The translations under genes were made by a program, and so were the position numbers. Below, piece by piece: positions 31,491 through 36,368 of a stretch of DNA of 36,368 nucleotides (its first letter is position 1; each line of letters begins with the position of its first letter). The notes beneath the pieces were generated by a model that saw nothing but the letters and a program-made list of their open reading frames with translations, had not been told where the DNA came from and searched no databases. The stretch is from Octopus bimaculoides (taxonomy: Eukaryota): assembly GCF_001194135.2 (NCBI RefSeq), contig NC_068983.1, positions 75,484,730 to 75,521,097 on the forward strand, written 5' to 3'.

Positions 31491-33054
31491 TAGGATAGTC
31501 ATGAGTTGAATGCCTTTGATCTAGGTTTGCTTGATTGAGGCTGACCTGGGACTAAACAACAAAAACAATGATAAAATATTTTCATATCAAAATACTCGTA
31601 CTATTGAACTGGATTGGAGTGCCTGTGTTCAGTTCACAGCAGGAAGAAGGCCTCAATATGTTCCCTCCATCAACCGTGGTCTGATGAGGAGGCCATGAAT
31701 TTTGAGCTTGAGATCAAACTGGCTCAAAATGGCTTGGCATGACTTGAACTATTATTTTATCTAAACGATCGTTGGTGCACTGGAAAAAACATCTTGCAGC
31801 ATTGATTCCTGATTTTTACATTTTGAGTTCAAATATAACCATGGTCAACTTTGCTGGTAATCCTTCCTTGATTAATGAAATATGGTATCAATTCAAGCAC
31901 TGAATTTAATTTACTCAAATAAGTGCCCTTCCCACAATTTTCTGGCCTTGGGTCTATATTAGAAACAGTTATTATTTTATCTGAAGAATCAGTAGAAAGA
32001 GCATCTTACAGTATTTGTTCCAGTCATTTACATTTTCAGTCCAAATATTAAGGTAAACTTAATCTTTTTATCCTTCTGAGGATTAATAAAATAAAATATT
32101 ATTGAAATAGTATGATGTCACTCTTGAAACCTTAAGGTGTGTGGCTCAAGTGTTATTTTTTGAATCTAGTAAATTAACTAATAATGAAGACGAAGAGCTT
32201 CTAACAATGCAAAAAGGTTAAGTAACCATTATATATTTCAAGCATAAAAGCCCAGCATCCGAAGTGAACAACTTAGAAATGTCAGTTTATGTAGATCCTG
32301 CCATATTGACTGCTGAATGGACAGTGACCCTGCTTTGTCCAGAAAATGTGGTAGCAACAGCAGTTCCCTCAAAATAGTATGCTGGTAGCTGTAGAGGTCA
32401 AATAAGAGTGGTGGCAGAAGGGTAGTTGTAGGTTGGCAGCTGTGATGGTGAAGATAAATCTCTATATTGGAACTGGTAGCAGTGGTGGTAAATGTGATGG
32501 TAGTAGTTGGTGATCTTCCTTGATATTTTATTAATAAAGACTTACAATAGCACAGGATACAGGAAAAGATTTCTATTTCATAGTCTATCTCTGTGGAATC
32601 AAATGAAACTTTACTGCAACTTTACTGTTATACTATAAAACTCCATGTATGATATATATTTTTTCATCCAAATCCAAATCAAAATTAAAAGTGTGTATAA
32701 TATATGGCATTAAGCTGCAAATATTTTCTCCACCCATTTTTAATAAGGCAACACATAAGACTATATTTTATTTTAATTTTTATTATATATCAATATAATA
32801 ATCATTTTACATCCACTGTCCATGCTTTCATGGGTTGGGTGGATCATTATGGGCTGGCTCAGTTCTTATCAGGAGTTACAGCCCTTATAGACTGATCATG
32901 GGATCGTATCTTGTTCATATAAAATGAAATATTAAAAACTAATATATTGGATTATAGTAGATTATCTACTTTTGTAGCAGAATATCTACTTTTATAATAG
33001 TTTATCTATTTTTGTAGAGCAACACTGTGTAGATGCAGTAGAAGATGCAGTATG

Positions 33055-33190
33055 GCCAAATGTTTAAGAAGTTCACTTCACAACCAGGAGGTCTCAGGTT
33101 CAATCCCACTTTGCGGCACCTATAAACTTGGGTTGACTCATATCTTGTGAGTGAAATTGGGTAAATGGAAACTGCATAGAATCCCATCAA
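33055..33190 (+). mobile_element. Internally deleted family A SINE
   Basis: caggttcaatcccac...gtgagtgaaattgggtaaatggaaactg. Confidence 0.65.
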
Positions 33191-33432
33191 ATGGGCTGTA
33201 ACTGTAATTAAAAAGGTATAATCTTGTTAGATCCTGTGTTGCATTGATTCTGCCTGCAAATTATATTAAATGTACATGTGTTGTGAAATGCTCACTACTC
33301 AGGAGCAGGTGAATCAGGTTGATCAAACAACAGAAGCCTTGTCAGCAAATGACAGAAATCTACCACCAACACAATAACTTTTAAAGACAATTTAAGCCTT
33401 CAAATCAAAATGTGAGTTATAGATGATGATAG

Positions 33433-33584
33433 CAGTGCCGTCTTGAAGCGCAAGCACACTGAACAGTTGTGTAGGGGCCCAATTCTGACCTAAGCATGTC
33501 ATGGCTGGCTGTCATTAAATATATACTATAAAGCAAGGTACATTGATTTGCCTAGGGGCCTATAATGCTTCTAAGACAGCCTTA
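33433..33584. mobile_element. Possible small hAT MITE
   Basis: Imperfect ends cagtgccgtctt ... aagacagcctta; target duplication only 4 of 8. Confidence 0.4.
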
Positions 33585-34409
33585 GATGTACTATGTATGG
33601 ACTTTTAAGGTAGTTTAGTTGACTGATAAGTCTTTTTCTTGATAATATAATTATGTAATAATATAAATATGGTATCTTATGTCTTATGTTTTGACCCTAT
33701 AATAAGGGTGTTAGATATTCTGGTTGAGTTCATTGAGCATCAGACTACCACTTAAAGGGGCAACTATTTGTATCCTATCATTTGCTTTGCTTTGATGTAA
33801 TGAATTTTGGTAGAATTCACTATTCAGTTTGTTCTTTTGTACATGGTGTCTCCTGTAACATCATAGGTACTTTAGCTAACAAGGGAGCCTGTATGTAGTT
33901 GCTCGACCTTCTAGAAATAGTGACTAAATTTTCCCACAAATCACATCCTACTATCTTATAAAATGACCACATTAAATAATATAGTCTTAGATAAACTATC
34001 TGATAAAAGCTGAAACAATTGTAGCTGGAACAACTTTGATTCTAGGTCTGTTCAACTGGGACTTACCTACAGTTAATTCTTCCCATAATCACCACCACTA
34101 CTCCCTCCAACAACGACCCCCCCCCCCCCAACAACAGCAATGACAACAACAACATTTATTCATAATTTAGTGAGAGAATAAAAACAACTAGCAAAACTTG
34201 TACATTTTCTGCATGTAATTACATATAAAAAAAACCCCTCTTAAGTATCTGTCTGTTTAATTATTTGGTCTTCACAGTATGTTATATATAATTAAAACAC
34301 AAACATGTGAAAAAAGTCATTAAAGTACCAAACAGGAAAGAGACTTTATCTTGTTGCTTTAAAATACCATTAATTTTAGGTTTATTAGCCAATTTTTAGT
34401 CTTTATTTG

Positions 34410-35890
34410 TCAGTCATAGGAATCATGGTTGTTGACTTTAATGGAAATGATGGTTTCTCTAATAAACATGGAGGCTATGGATATGGTATTAGGAATGAAG
34501 CACGATCAAGGCTATTTGAGTTTTGTGACACAAATGACAGAATCATTTGCAACACTGGCTTCAGGAAACCAGCTGTCCATCTGATCATATACTACTCAAG
34601 TGAATGTATATATGCTAGATAGACTTTTTACTCATGAAGAAACGGGTTATAAAGCTGGTTGTGTATTGTAAGTCTTTAGTCTTTCACCAGTGAAGGATGT
34701 CTTATACAACATAAACTAGAGATTAGTTACATCAGAGTGATAACTAGATGAATCCAGAGACAGAAGACAACCTAGAAAATGAAAGCACAGAAGCTAAAAT
34801 AATCTTTCAGGCATATATCAGTTCAAAGGAATACTAGGTAGTGCCTATAACAAGGAGGAGAAGGAAGAGGAGACTTATAACATAGAAGACATAAAAGCCA
34901 TTGATCAGGAATGTGGATGGAGTAAGTTTTCAGTTGGATGAAGGGTGAAATATTGATAGAATGGCATGATAGAGAAAGTGTTATAAAATCTAAGAGATAG
35001 GTTGAGAAAGAATATTGGGGTGGGGGAAAAAAAGAGATATTATTAGATCACGAGAAGAGATGGTAGATTTCTGATATACTTAGCAAAGGAAGAAGCTTGT
35101 CAATGTTCTGCAAGTGGAACAGATGTATGAAGTGTTCCAGATTGCAGTAGAGTATGTCAGTCAGAACCAGAATGATGGTGGTAAAAAATATGTGCAGAAT
35201 TATTGCTGTACATTTGCTTTCACTGATGTTGAACAAGTAAACACAACAGGGTGGTAAGCTATTGACTTTGATATTTGTATGGTTGAGATAGTGATTAAGG
35301 ATGTGAAAGAAAGGAAAGCAGATGAAACATCAGTGATAATTGTTGAGATGCACTGAAGTAGGACATGGGTTAGCCATTTACGTAGTCAATCAGATAGCAC
35401 AAAGAAGTGTCATCCCCAATGATTGGCCCTGAAGCATCACCATCACCAGCTACAAAGACAAAGGAGATGCTATAGAAAGAAGCATGTACAGAGATATCAA
35501 ATTAAGAGGTCAAATTAGCAAAGTTGCAGAAAAAGTTATACTACAGCTAATTAGAAAGAGAATTAGCTTGGACAAGGTGCCATTCAGGTTCATGCCAAGA
35601 TATGGTACCACCAGTTCCCTTTTCCTAGTGAAACAACATAAGAAGCTCTTAGCTAAGTGTAAGCGACTATATTTGGTGAAGGCCTTTAAGTGAGTTTCAC
35701 ATTCTGTATCTGGTGATCACTAGGAAAACTAGGATTAGATAATTTGCTAGTAAGAACTGTGAAAGCCATGTACAAAGGCATTGACAGCAAAATGAAAGTT
35801 AGCAACAAGTACAGTAAGGATTTTAGCATGTAGGCAGCCGTCTATAAGGGTTTGATTGTTTGATCGTTGTGTACAAGATGTGATGTATAG
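34410..35890 (+). mobile_element. Degenerate RTE-clade LINE (apurinic endonuclease to RT)
   Basis: DFNG...HGGYGYGIRN...RLFEFCDTN...ICNTGFRKP (endonuclease) and YRDIKLR...KVAEKVI..LIRKRISLD...FMPRYGTTS.LFLVKQ (RT). Many stops and indels. Confidence 0.85.
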
Positions 35891-36191
35891 TTGTGAAAAA
35901 TGAACTATGACTGACAGATAAACAGTTAAATACATGTAAAGAGAAACAGAGGCAGAAGTTGATAGAATGAAGACAAGGAAAGACAAATATAGACAGCTGC
36001 AGAGACAAGGATAGACAGATACAAAAAAGCAGACAGTGATAGACAGATAGTGAGTGATAGATAGTCAGCCAGAGGTAGACACACAGAGACAGATATACAT
36101 CATAATAACATAAACAAGTGCAACAATTTTCATCTGCTCCCGAGAAACTCTAAGTGACAGATCAGTGATTTTATTTTAAATTTCTACTCAC

Positions 36192-36336
36192 CCTGATAAG
36201 TTTGTAATTTTCCTCCTCCACCATCTTGATAGCATCTGTTGATTGTTCCAGAAGTTTCATTCTTTTCTCATTTTCTTTCTGACAAATTTGGTAACGAGAC
36301 TGCAATGTTTGCAACTGGGTTTGGACATTGTCAAGT
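36192..36336 (-). CDS. Coding exon A of a coiled-coil protein gene; upstream exons lie outside the window
   Basis: Acceptor tatccttcag|A and donor AGG|GTGAGT. 145 nt = 1 nt + 48 codons, no stop: LDNVQTQLQTLQSRYQICQKENEKRMKLLEQSTDAIKMVEEENYKLIR. Clear heptad pattern. Ends in phase 0, matching exon B. Confidence 0.85.
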
Positions 36337-36368
36337 CTGAAGGATATTCAGTTATAAAATTGAGTATT

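Noticed and set aside
31680-31720. CTGATGAG as a hammerhead core
   Set aside because: No stem II closed by GAAA follows.

Overview
AT-rich eukaryotic draft-genome scaffold with eight N gaps. The repeat content is most consistent with an octopus (inference from recalled repeat families, not a database result). Almost all of the window is intronic DNA of one minus-strand gene for a long coiled-coil protein that I cannot name. I find four solid GT-AG exons (36192-36336, 30806-30931, 15358-15525, 11626-11751) and two tentative 3' exons (7449-7544, 4893-4907). The introns hold many tRNA-derived SINEs (families labelled A, B, D, E here), RTE-tailed retroposons (family C), fragments of R4/Dong-like, RTE and L2 LINEs, several MITEs and abundant microsatellites. 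Most entries in the ORF track are artefacts of microsatellites or N gaps. No CRISPR array, rRNA or genuine tRNA gene is supported. Highlights: (1) minimal type I hammerhead-ribozyme-like motifs in two unrelated repeat families, including an inverted pair around Dong-like LINE fragments; (2) four exons that each encode a whole number of heptads in the same register; (3) Dong-like LINEs stacked in (AAT)n tracts; (4) a near-identical templated duplication at a LINE 5' junction; (5) a VNTR-bearing RTE-tailed composite retroposon. No wholly new system is proven; the hammerhead-bearing elements are the best candidate.
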